A DNA stretch of 64,000 nucleotides from an uncultured Alphaproteobacteria bacterium (GTDB lineage Bacteria; Pseudomonadota; Alphaproteobacteria; RF32; CAG-239). The notes under the pieces are model-generated. The model saw nothing but the letters and a program-made list of their open reading frames with translations, was not told where the DNA came from and did not search any database. The translations under genes were made by a program, and so were the position numbers. The stretch covers positions 23,359-87,358 of the forward strand of contig CAKQMH010000005.1 in assembly GCA_934254915.1 (NCBI GenBank), in the 5' to 3' direction. Below are positions 56,727 through 64,000 of the stretch, piece by piece (position 1 is the stretch's first letter; the number at the start of each line of letters is the position of its first letter).

Positions 56727-59387
56727 ATGGCAAATGAACTTATAAATAAATTTTTATCATATTGTAAAAATCTTAAAGATGGTGAAGAACCGAAAAGACT
56801 CAGTGAAATTTTGGGCAGTGAAACAGATGCCCACACATTTGCCAAACAACTGGCAAACGGCGAATATCCAAATCTGGCCGAAGCACGCGACGGCGACAAA
56901 TATCCGGTGTTGGAAGTTTTAGCCACCAGTTTAGGTAAAGAATTAGAAGATGAGCAAACTGACGGAGGACGCACCTATAATCCCTTTGCCGATAATGCCT
57001 TTATGCATCGAGGTATCACCCTGCGATCCATGCAGCGAAATCTGCAAGAACTTGAACACCTGACTGCCCTACAAGCTATTGACCGCAAAATTGCCGCACG
57101 GGGATTTACCGGTGATGTTTCAGCCGATACTGAAATAGAAAAAGGTATTGATGCCGAAATTGCCAATCTTGAAAGCCGTTACAGCAAATACAATCCGGTA
57201 AGATATTATCGAAATTTTCACCTTGACCGCAAAAAGAAAAAGCTGAAAAAAATCATTAAAAATGATTCTAACAGACTAAAAAAGCAACAAAATCTGCAGA
57301 ATGAATTACTAACAAACTTTGACTTGGAAAAAGACCTCGCAACCCATGGTCTGTTCAGCAAAGAGGGCATAAAAGCCCGCAGCCAACTCTTATGGCGCAA
57401 AGTCCGCGGCAAGTCGACCGACCGCTTACAGGATAAATTTACGGAAACCATGCTGCTGAATGATGTAAATAACAAAGCAGCCGGCTCGATAAACAGCAAT
57501 TTGACCGAACAAATTAAAACTCTGACCGCAGCCAGAGACAGTGTTGATATTTCCAAAGACCAAAAGAAGACTTGTCAGCTTTTGATTGACAGCCTGACAA
57601 AGTTTCAGTCAAAAATCGAGACGCGCGGGAAAGCGTTGAGTGACGGTTTGGCTACCGAGTTGCATCAAATTGATACTAAATACGATCCGCAGACGGAAGA
57701 ATTAAAAGTTAAAATTACACGAAACCGCGAATACATCAATGATCAAAATCTGGAATTACGACTAAAAACCGATTTTGGCAAAGCCTATAAAGAGATTTGC
57801 AAAGGCCTTCCCGGATATGCGGTGACGCAACTTGATGCGCGCTTTAACGCCCGCACCCAAAAACACTTTACCGATGACAAAGAATTTATCAAGCTTTGTG
57901 AAGAACAATTGGGCGAAGCTGAAGCCAAAAAACTAATTCAAAAGTTGGATGGCTATTTAAAGCCACAAAATAATTCTAATGTCGGCGGAAACGGGAACAA
58001 CGATAACGATCCGGATAAAGACCCCGATAAAGACCCGAATGCAAATGACAACGAGCAAGACAAGGATAATGACAACAAAACGCATACTCCGTCGGTAACC
58101 GACGACAAAGATAAAGACCCGAATGCGCCGGAGCAAGAGCTTGAAGGCTTTGACCGTCAAAAATTTTACAGCGACTTTGCCGAAAAAATCAAAGATCGTT
58201 ACGACCTGCCTGACGGAGCGGATAAAGATAATATCGGCGACCAAAAACACTTTGAATTCCAAAGCAAAGCCAATGACAACAAATTGGAACTTGATACCAC
58301 GGATTCCGGCAAAGTACGCTTTACGGCCAAAGATAAAGACGGCAACAATGTTTCGCCGGAACTGGCGGATTTTGCCGCACTTGTTCAGAGTTATAAAGAC
58401 CAAGGCTATGACAAGATTAACCTCAGTGCCAACAGCAGCGACGAATATAATCAAAAACTTATGGCCGCGCTGAAACTCGAGGGTATGGAATATGACATTA
58501 TTGACAAGGACGGAAAACCGCTTGACCGTGACAGCGATGAGTTCAAAAAGATTGACGAAGGCTCGCAAAAGCTGGTCGACCACGAGAAGAACAAAGACAA
58601 ACCGGAAGTAATACTGGAAGAACAACATGCCCCGAATGAAAGCCAGCAAGAACGCAAAGAACCATTAAGCGAGGAGCAAAGAAAGTCTTTGGAAGCCGAA
58701 GGTATCGAAGTCTCTACACAGGCTGATTGGAACAGTCTCAACGGACAACAAAAAGCAATGTTGCACGAGGCCGGTTTAAGCCCCAGTATGATTGAAGCTA
58801 AGGACATGATTGAAAAAGTTAAAGGCCTCAGTCCGAAAGAATTTGAAACTCTGGCACAAGGAGAAGCGTTCAAGAAATTGTCCGCCAACCAGCAATTCTA
58901 TCTGAAAAGCATTAATGAAATCAGCAATAATGATACCTATGCCAAAGAGGGCGAAAAAGGCGAACAAAAGAAAGAACAGGATATTAAAGATTTTACCAAA
59001 GGATATCTTGATGAAGTTCAAGCCAAAGGCGGGACAGATTACGGTGCTAAACAACAAGGCCAATCACAAGAACTCAGCACTACTACTATGTTGAGCCAAA
59101 TTAAAGGCTTAAGCCCCAAAGAATTTAGTGAGTTGGCCCAAAGCGAAGCTTTTCAAGCTTTGGACGGAAAGCAACAAAGCCGTTTAAGAAGTATAAATGC
59201 GATTGAAAACAATCCCAAAACAACACCGGAAAACAAGACCAAGATGTTGGGAAGTGTAATCGGAGAATACATCCGACACGAAAAAGATCAACGCGCTCAA
59301 AATAAAGGAACAAAGCAAAAGCAAATTAACCGCGATTTGTCACAAAACGTGGCTGCAATTAAGAGCAAACAAGGCAACAGCCATTAA
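56727..59387 (+). CDS. Large hydrophilic protein (886 aa), effector-like, unknown function
   Basis: No signal peptide. It has coiled-coil-like charged regions and a DPDKDPDKDPNANDNEQDKDNDNK low-complexity linker. A 37-aa repeat KGLSPKEF(E/S)xLAQxEAFxxLxxxQQxxLxSINxIxNN occurs twice. Confidence 0.65.
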   Translation: MANELINKFLSYCKNLKDGEEPKRLSEILGSETDAHTFAKQLANGEYPNLAEARDGDKYPVLEVLATSLGKELEDEQTDGGRTYNPFADNAFMHRGITLRSMQRNLQELEHLTALQAIDRKIAARGFTGDVSADTEIEKGIDAEIANLESRYSKYNPVRYYRNFHLDRKKKKLKKIIKNDSNRLKKQQNLQNELLTNFDLEKDLATHGLFSKEGIKARSQLLWRKVRGKSTDRLQDKFTETMLLNDVNNKAAGSINSNLTEQIKTLTAARDSVDISKDQKKTCQLLIDSLTKFQSKIETRGKALSDGLATELHQIDTKYDPQTEELKVKITRNREYINDQNLELRLKTDFGKAYKEICKGLPGYAVTQLDARFNARTQKHFTDDKEFIKLCEEQLGEAEAKKLIQKLDGYLKPQNNSNVGGNGNNDNDPDKDPDKDPNANDNEQDKDNDNKTHTPSVTDDKDKDPNAPEQELEGFDRQKFYSDFAEKIKDRYDLPDGADKDNIGDQKHFEFQSKANDNKLELDTTDSGKVRFTAKDKDGNNVSPELADFAALVQSYKDQGYDKINLSANSSDEYNQKLMAALKLEGMEYDIIDKDGKPLDRDSDEFKKIDEGSQKLVDHEKNKDKPEVILEEQHAPNESQQERKEPLSEEQRKSLEAEGIEVSTQADWNSLNGQQKAMLHEAGLSPSMIEAKDMIEKVKGLSPKEFETLAQGEAFKKLSANQQFYLKSINEISNNDTYAKEGEKGEQKKEQDIKDFTKGYLDEVQAKGGTDYGAKQQGQSQELSTTTMLSQIKGLSPKEFSELAQSEAFQALDGKQQSRLRSINAIENNPKTTPENKTKMLGSVIGEYIRHEKDQRAQNKGTKQKQINRDLSQNVAAIKSKQGNSH

Positions 59388-59405
59388 TCGATTACCACAA
59401 CCAAG

Positions 59406-59439
59406 AAAAGGCTTAATCCGCGGATTAAGCCTTTTTTTT
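59406..59439 (+). terminator. Rho-independent terminator of the 886-aa gene
   Basis: AAAAGGCTTAATCCG/CGGATTAAGCCTTTT followed by a T-run. Confidence 0.8.
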
Positions 59440-59458
59440 AATTTGCACAGACCGGTAT

Positions 59459-60250
59459 TTACTCGTCACACTCGGCGAGAATACCTTTAATCAGAACAAA
59501 CTCAGGAGCGTGACCGCCGAAAGCCTGTGTCTTTTTGGCCAAATCAACGGCTTCTTTATCAACCACCGCGGTATAAGTCTGCATTTGCGGAGCGTTTTTA
59601 TGCTGCGGTTTAGAGCCGCCGTGAGCATTGCGTTCGGCTTCCTGCTCTTTGGCTTTATCAACCTTAATCTCTTCAGGAGCTTTGAGGATTTTTTCCAAAA
59701 CTTCCTGTGTTTCCTTCGAGCGGCGGTTGGTGTAAACAATATTTTGTTTTTCCGCCGGAAGCATAGCCAAAACTTTTTCAAGATTATCCAGCTGTTTGTT
59801 CTTTTTAATGAGGTTGATATCGTCAACGACCAAAATATTGGTCTTGGACAAGTCAACCTTGCCGCTGTCAGCCACCTCAAGCAGCAAGTCCGGCGAGCCG
59901 ATTATGACATTGGCTTCTTCATCAATGTTTTCTTCACCGTCTTTAATGGTCGCTTCATTAATCTCGTGATACTTATTAAACACGGCCAAGCGATCAGAAG
60001 TCATAACCGACTGTTCGGAATTGGGAGTGATAATCAAAATATTTTGCGCGCCTTTAGTGCTGATGATATCGACCAGCGGAAAGACATAAGACATGGTTTT
60101 GCCGCAACCCTGCGGGGCAATAGTAAAGACATCTCGCCCTTCCAAAATCGAGGGAATAACATCGGACTGAACCGTGGTCGGCTCAGCAATGCCGTATTCT
60201 TCAATTGCTCTGATAGTTTGTTGGCTAAGGCCTAATTCGGAAAAATTCAT
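59459..60250 (-). CDS. Degenerate DEAD-box helicase domain-1-only protein
   Basis: The Q-motif region FSELGL...PTTVQ is retained. Walker A is APQGCGKT, and DEAD is replaced by VVDD(IN). There is no domain 2. The C-terminal tail contains FGGHAPEFVLIK. Confidence 0.65.
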   Translation of the reverse strand: MNFSELGLSQQTIRAIEEYGIAEPTTVQSDVIPSILEGRDVFTIAPQGCGKTMSYVFPLVDIISTKGAQNILIITPNSEQSVMTSDRLAVFNKYHEINEATIKDGEENIDEEANVIIGSPDLLLEVADSGKVDLSKTNILVVDDINLIKKNKQLDNLEKVLAMLPAEKQNIVYTNRRSKETQEVLEKILKAPEEIKVDKAKEQEAERNAHGGSKPQHKNAPQMQTYTAVVDKEAVDLAKKTQAFGGHAPEFVLIKGILAECDE

Positions 60251-60344
60251 AACATTTCTTCTATATTTAATGGTTAATTTATTTTTTTTAGATATTATTT
60301 ACTTTAGTATTGATAGTCAACCCTAATTGCAAAGGCAGGACAAG

Positions 60345-60893
60345 ATGTTGATGAAACGCGATGACTCTTTGTTGCTAATTATTGATATTCAGGAAAAACT
60401 CGCACCGGCAATGGATAATCCGCGTGAGGTGATAAACGGCGGCGCGCGGCTGGTCGGGGTAGCTAAAGCGCTGAATATTCCGTTTATAATCACGGAACAA
60501 TATCCCAAAGGCTTGGGCCAGACGATGATTGATATTCGGCAACAAGCCGGCGAAAATGCGCTTTATTTCGACAAGACCGAATTTGCCTGCACCGACAATC
60601 AGCCTTTATATCAAGCCATTAAACAAACCGGCAAAAAACAAATTATTATTGCCGGCGTGGAAGCGCATATCTGTGTTTTGCAAACGGCAATCCGGCTCAA
60701 AGACGAAGGATTTGACGTGTTTGTGGTGGCTAATGCCGTATCATCACGCAACGCGGCACAAGCGGCTATTGCGCTGCAACGGCTTATGCACCACGGGATT
60801 GACGTCGTGACCTCGGAAATGGTATTTTTTGAGTGGCTGGAGAAAGCCGGAACTGACGAGTTCAAAGAAATATCCAAAAAATATATTATCTAG
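60345..60893 (+). CDS. Isochorismatase-family cysteine hydrolase
   Basis: LLLIIDIQEKL..., ...IIAGVEAHICVLQTA. Confidence 0.8.
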   Translation: MLMKRDDSLLLIIDIQEKLAPAMDNPREVINGGARLVGVAKALNIPFIITEQYPKGLGQTMIDIRQQAGENALYFDKTEFACTDNQPLYQAIKQTGKKQIIIAGVEAHICVLQTAIRLKDEGFDVFVVANAVSSRNAAQAAIALQRLMHHGIDVVTSEMVFFEWLEKAGTDEFKEISKKYII

Positions 60894-60919
60894 CATCGTT
60901 TGTTCGGCAATACCGCAAT

Positions 60920-61285
60920 TTATTTTACGCGACCGTACGAATCTTCGTAGCGGATAATGTCGTTTTCATCAAGATTAGCACCGCACTGAACTTCAATAAA
61001 CTCCATATTTTCTTCGGTGTTGTTTTGGATACGGTGTTTGGCTTTAACCGGAATATAAACATTTTCGCCGGCTTTTTTGACGATTTTATCTTCGCCTAAC
61101 GTAACCAACGCCTCACCTTTGACAATAACCCAATGTTCGGAGCGAAAATTGTGCGACTGCAAGGATAAAATATTGTGCGGAGTAACACAAATGCGCTTAA
61201 CACAAAAGCCTTCGCCGGCATCCAAAACTTCCCATGTTCCCCACGGACGATTGTCTTTATCACCTTTTTTATATGCGTTTGCCAT
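60920..61285 (-). CDS. Cupin protein, type II phosphomannose-isomerase C-terminal-domain-like
   Basis: RPWGTWEVL...VKRICVTPHNILSLQSHNFRSEHWVIVKGEA. Confidence 0.8.
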   Translation of the reverse strand: MANAYKKGDKDNRPWGTWEVLDAGEGFCVKRICVTPHNILSLQSHNFRSEHWVIVKGEALVTLGEDKIVKKAGENVYIPVKAKHRIQNNTEENMEFIEVQCGANLDENDIIRYEDSYGRVK

Positions 61286-61394
61286 ATTTTTTATCCTTTT
61301 TAATTAAGTTTTTACCTAATGAATTTAATATATACCGATAATAGGAAATATAAATAAAAGCACAAGCAATTTATAATCGGCGTGGGCAAAAGTC

Positions 61395-63659
61395 ATGAAA
61401 TCGGCAAATATGAACCAAGCGATGGAAATTCTTAAACAGCTGCGGCAAATCGCCGAAAGCAACGAGGATATTTCGCTTAAACTTGAAAAAATCATCACCA
61501 TGATTGTGCAGCAGATGAAAGCTGATGCCGGAGCGTGCTATTTGGTGGTTGATGACAATTATTTGGAACTGTTTGCATCCTGCGGTTATAATCCGGACAT
61601 AAACCACAAAATCAGTCTGCGCGTGGGTGAAGGTTTGGTCGGAAATGTGGCGCAAACCAAGCGCACGCTCGCTGTCAGCGATGTGTGGAAACAAAAAGAT
61701 TTTGTATATAAACCCGAAATGGGTGAAGATGCCTATAAAGCTTTTATCGGCGTGCCGTTAGTCAGATGGAATCGCGCAATCGGGGTTATTACGCTCCAAA
61801 GCAAGCATATTTATGAATATACCGAACTGGAACGGGAGATTTTGGAAACCGTGGCAATGCTCCTTAATGAGATTGTTGCTTCCGATGAAATGGCGGCCTA
61901 TAAAGAAGCCTTGATTAAATCACGCGGACAGGTTGAACGGGAAAAATACAAAGGTATTAGCCTCAGCAAAGGTTACGGTATCGGCAACGCGATAGTGCAT
62001 CGGCGGCGGCAGGCGGTTACCAAAATTTTTGCCGAAGACAAAGAAAAAGAACTGCGCAAGTTGGAAGTTGCCCACAGGCGGATGAATGCCGATTTGGACG
62101 AGAAATTTAACAACACCAAATTGGGTATCGGTGAACATGTTGATATTCTTGATGCTTATCGAATGTTTGCCAAGGACAAGGGCTGGTTTAAGAAGATGTC
62201 CGACAATATCCATAGCGGACTGACGGCGGAAGCAGCAGTCGAACGCGCATTTGAAGATATGTGGAATCGCTTGTCCGGTACGAATGACGCTTATTTGAAA
62301 GAACGTCTGCATGACTTGCGCGATATAACCGACCGACTGTTGGGATATTTGAGCGGCGACAATGGCATGGCCGGGCAGGCTGACAGCAATGACATAATTT
62401 TGGTTGCCCTAAGCATGGGACCGGCGGATTTGATGGATTATGATTACAGTAAAATCCGCGGATTGATTATTGAAGACGGGACGCCGACCATGCACGTGGC
62501 CATTGTGGCCAAAGCGTTGGGGATTCCGGTAGTTGCCAAAATCAAAGGTATTTTTAACGAGATAAAGACCGGCGAATTGGTAGCCGTTGACGGAATGGAA
62601 GGCTATGTCTATATTAAGCCGAGCCTGCCGATACAAGAAAAAATTCATGCCAAAATTAATGAACGCGAAAAGCTCAAAGCCAAATTGGCCGAACTGCGTA
62701 AACTGCCGTCTAAGACCAAAGACGGCGTAAAAATCAATCTGTTTCTTAATGTGGGACTGGCTTTTGATTTGGATTATCTGGAAAGCAGCGGCTGTGAAGG
62801 CGTGGGACTTTATCGCACGGAAATTCCGTTTATGACTTCCGAACAAATGCCCGACGTGGAAAAACAGATGAGCTATTACAAGGAGCTTATGGATCGCGCC
62901 GGCAACAAAAGGGTCGTGTTCCGCAGCCTTGATGTCGGGTCGGACAAATTATTGCCCTATTGGAGCAACGCCGGTGAAGACAATCCGGCTATCGGCTGGC
63001 GTTCTATTCGTATTACACTTGACCGCCGCGCCATTTTGCGTAAACAAATGCGGGCTTTTTTACGAGCTGCCGCCGGTAAAGAGCTAAATGTGATGTTTCC
63101 GATGATTGCCAATTTGGCCGAATTTGAAGACGCCAAAGAAACATTGATGATTGAGTTGGAAAAAGAAAAACGCCGCGGCAATGAAACGCCGAAAAAAGTC
63201 AATGTCGGCTTGATGATTGAAGTTCCGTCGGTGATTTTTCAGCTGGACGCCATTTTGGAACAAGCCGATTTTATCTCGGTGGGAACTAATGACTTAGCTC
63301 AATTTATCTTTGCCAGCGATCGCGGCAATCCGCGCCTGACAGAACGCTATGACGTATTGTCAACGCCGTTTTTGCGAGTTATGCAGGAAATTGTCACCAA
63401 AGCCGACCAGGCCGGAGTTTATTGTTCGGTATGCGGCGAGATGGGCAGCAACCCGATTGAAGCCATGGCGCTTATCGGGCTTGGTTTTCGCAACCTATCA
63501 ATGTCCGGTTCGGCAATCGGGCGGGTAAAAAGTATGGTGCGTTCGGCCAATGTCGGCGAACTGCAGGATTATATCAAAACACTGCTGAAATCAAACAAAC
63601 GGACTCTGCGCCCGCAGCTGATGTCGTATGCCTTTGATCATAATATCGAAATATACTAG
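61395..63659 (+). CDS. ptsP: Phosphoenolpyruvate--protein phosphotransferase PtsP (GAF + enzyme I, EI-Ntr)
   Basis: An N-terminal GAF domain, then the phospho-His region GTPTMHVAIVAKALGIPVV and the PEP-utilising C-domain GLYRTEIPF ... SVGTNDLAQF ... CGEM. Confidence 0.92.
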   Translation: MKSANMNQAMEILKQLRQIAESNEDISLKLEKIITMIVQQMKADAGACYLVVDDNYLELFASCGYNPDINHKISLRVGEGLVGNVAQTKRTLAVSDVWKQKDFVYKPEMGEDAYKAFIGVPLVRWNRAIGVITLQSKHIYEYTELEREILETVAMLLNEIVASDEMAAYKEALIKSRGQVEREKYKGISLSKGYGIGNAIVHRRRQAVTKIFAEDKEKELRKLEVAHRRMNADLDEKFNNTKLGIGEHVDILDAYRMFAKDKGWFKKMSDNIHSGLTAEAAVERAFEDMWNRLSGTNDAYLKERLHDLRDITDRLLGYLSGDNGMAGQADSNDIILVALSMGPADLMDYDYSKIRGLIIEDGTPTMHVAIVAKALGIPVVAKIKGIFNEIKTGELVAVDGMEGYVYIKPSLPIQEKIHAKINEREKLKAKLAELRKLPSKTKDGVKINLFLNVGLAFDLDYLESSGCEGVGLYRTEIPFMTSEQMPDVEKQMSYYKELMDRAGNKRVVFRSLDVGSDKLLPYWSNAGEDNPAIGWRSIRITLDRRAILRKQMRAFLRAAAGKELNVMFPMIANLAEFEDAKETLMIELEKEKRRGNETPKKVNVGLMIEVPSVIFQLDAILEQADFISVGTNDLAQFIFASDRGNPRLTERYDVLSTPFLRVMQEIVTKADQAGVYCSVCGEMGSNPIEAMALIGLGFRNLSMSGSAIGRVKSMVRSANVGELQDYIKTLLKSNKRTLRPQLMSYAFDHNIEIY

Positions 63660-63746
63660 CAAAATGCGATGAAATTGTGTTGAATTTTAGGAAAAAGTGT
63701 GGCACAATCGGCTCAATTTTAGAAGCTAACAAATAAAGGTGTTATC

Positions 63747-64000
63747 GTGAGAAAAGCAAAAACAGCTCCGGAAGCCCAAGACGCTCCGGAAAAAGAAGTT
63801 AAGTCAGAAACCGCTGCAGCCGCAGATGAAACAAGCGTTCAACCGCAAACCAAACCCATTGAGAAACAAATCACCAAAGTCGGGCATTTGTTAAAAGAAA
63901 TGCGCCTGCAAAAAGGTTTGAAAATCAACGAAGTGGCTAAAACCTTATGCATTCGTCAATGCTATTTGGAAGCTATTGAGAACAGCGACTACAAAGAAAT
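63747..64000 (+). CDS. RodZ-like HTH (XRE-type) protein, N-terminal part only (runs off window)
   Basis: GTG start after AAAGGTG. VGHLLKEMRLQKGLKINEVAKTLCIRQCYLEAIENSDYKE is the typical RodZ N-terminal HTH. Confidence 0.6.
   Translation, partial: MRKAKTAPEAQDAPEKEVKSETAAAADETSVQPQTKPIEKQITKVGHLLKEMRLQKGLKINEVAKTLCIRQCYLEAIENSDYKE

Noticed and set aside
56507-56974. 156-codon N-terminal extension of the OMP paralogue 2 ORF (listed as 452 aa)
   Set aside because: The extension overlaps the divergent 886-aa gene start, has no signal peptide and reads as Ser/Leu/Cys-rich noise. The internal start MKKFAYLL... has an RBS and a canonical signal peptide.
57957-58649. 230-aa minus-strand ORF
   Set aside because: It is antisense to the D/K/E-rich part of the 886-aa gene. 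Its Phe/Val/Ile/Leu-rich translation is the expected complement artefact.
59510-60235. 241-aa + strand ORF
   Set aside because: It is antisense to the DEAD-box-like gene, which retains recognisable helicase motifs.

Overview
This 64-kb chromosomal window is most likely from a moderately AT-rich alphaproteobacterium. That placement is an inference from gene order (secB / Tim44-like / mltA / smr; YfgM-like TPR / bamB / der; GAF-type ptsP), not from any search.

I can support about 65 protein-coding genes and one tRNA (initiator tRNA-Met). I see no rRNA and no CRISPR array.

**Housekeeping core:**
- Translation and RNA modification: ileS (type 2), tyrS, tgt, dtd, der.
- Central carbon metabolism: tkt, class II fba, eno, rpe.
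- Peptidoglycan turnover: anmK, mltA.
- Envelope and export: secB, bamB.
- Regulation: ptsP.

**Accessory material:**
1. The left end (1-4805) is a partial integrative island abutting the 3' end of tRNA-fMet. It carries a large serine recombinase, a DUF2924 partner, a frame-split gene and an AbiEi/AbiEii abortive-infection/toxin-antitoxin pair.
2. A 729-aa secreted protein with about 60 cysteines contains an internal G8 tract. It is bracketed by a family of about 71-74-nt mosaic palindromic repeats, which recurs at about 54.8 kb.
3. An AT-rich islet between der and eno holds two tandem membrane-protein paralogues. Their first 103 codons are about 90% identical, and one ends in a 6-Cys tail. 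A divergent lipoprotein gene sits next to them.
4. Two tandem secreted Cys-motif proteins lie at 46.1-47.3 kb.
5. A Bat-type (VWA/TPR) operon lacks moxR/DUF58 in this window and is extended by a C26 amidotransferase-like gene and a VanX-like dipeptidase gene.
6. There are two tandem beta-barrel OMP paralogues, a large hydrophilic effector-like protein and a degenerate half DEAD-box protein.

I cannot point to one clearly recognisable new multi-gene system. The strongest candidates for follow-up are items 2 and 3 and the Bat-operon variant.

All homology calls come from motif recognition by eye, with no database search. Composition statements are also by eye.
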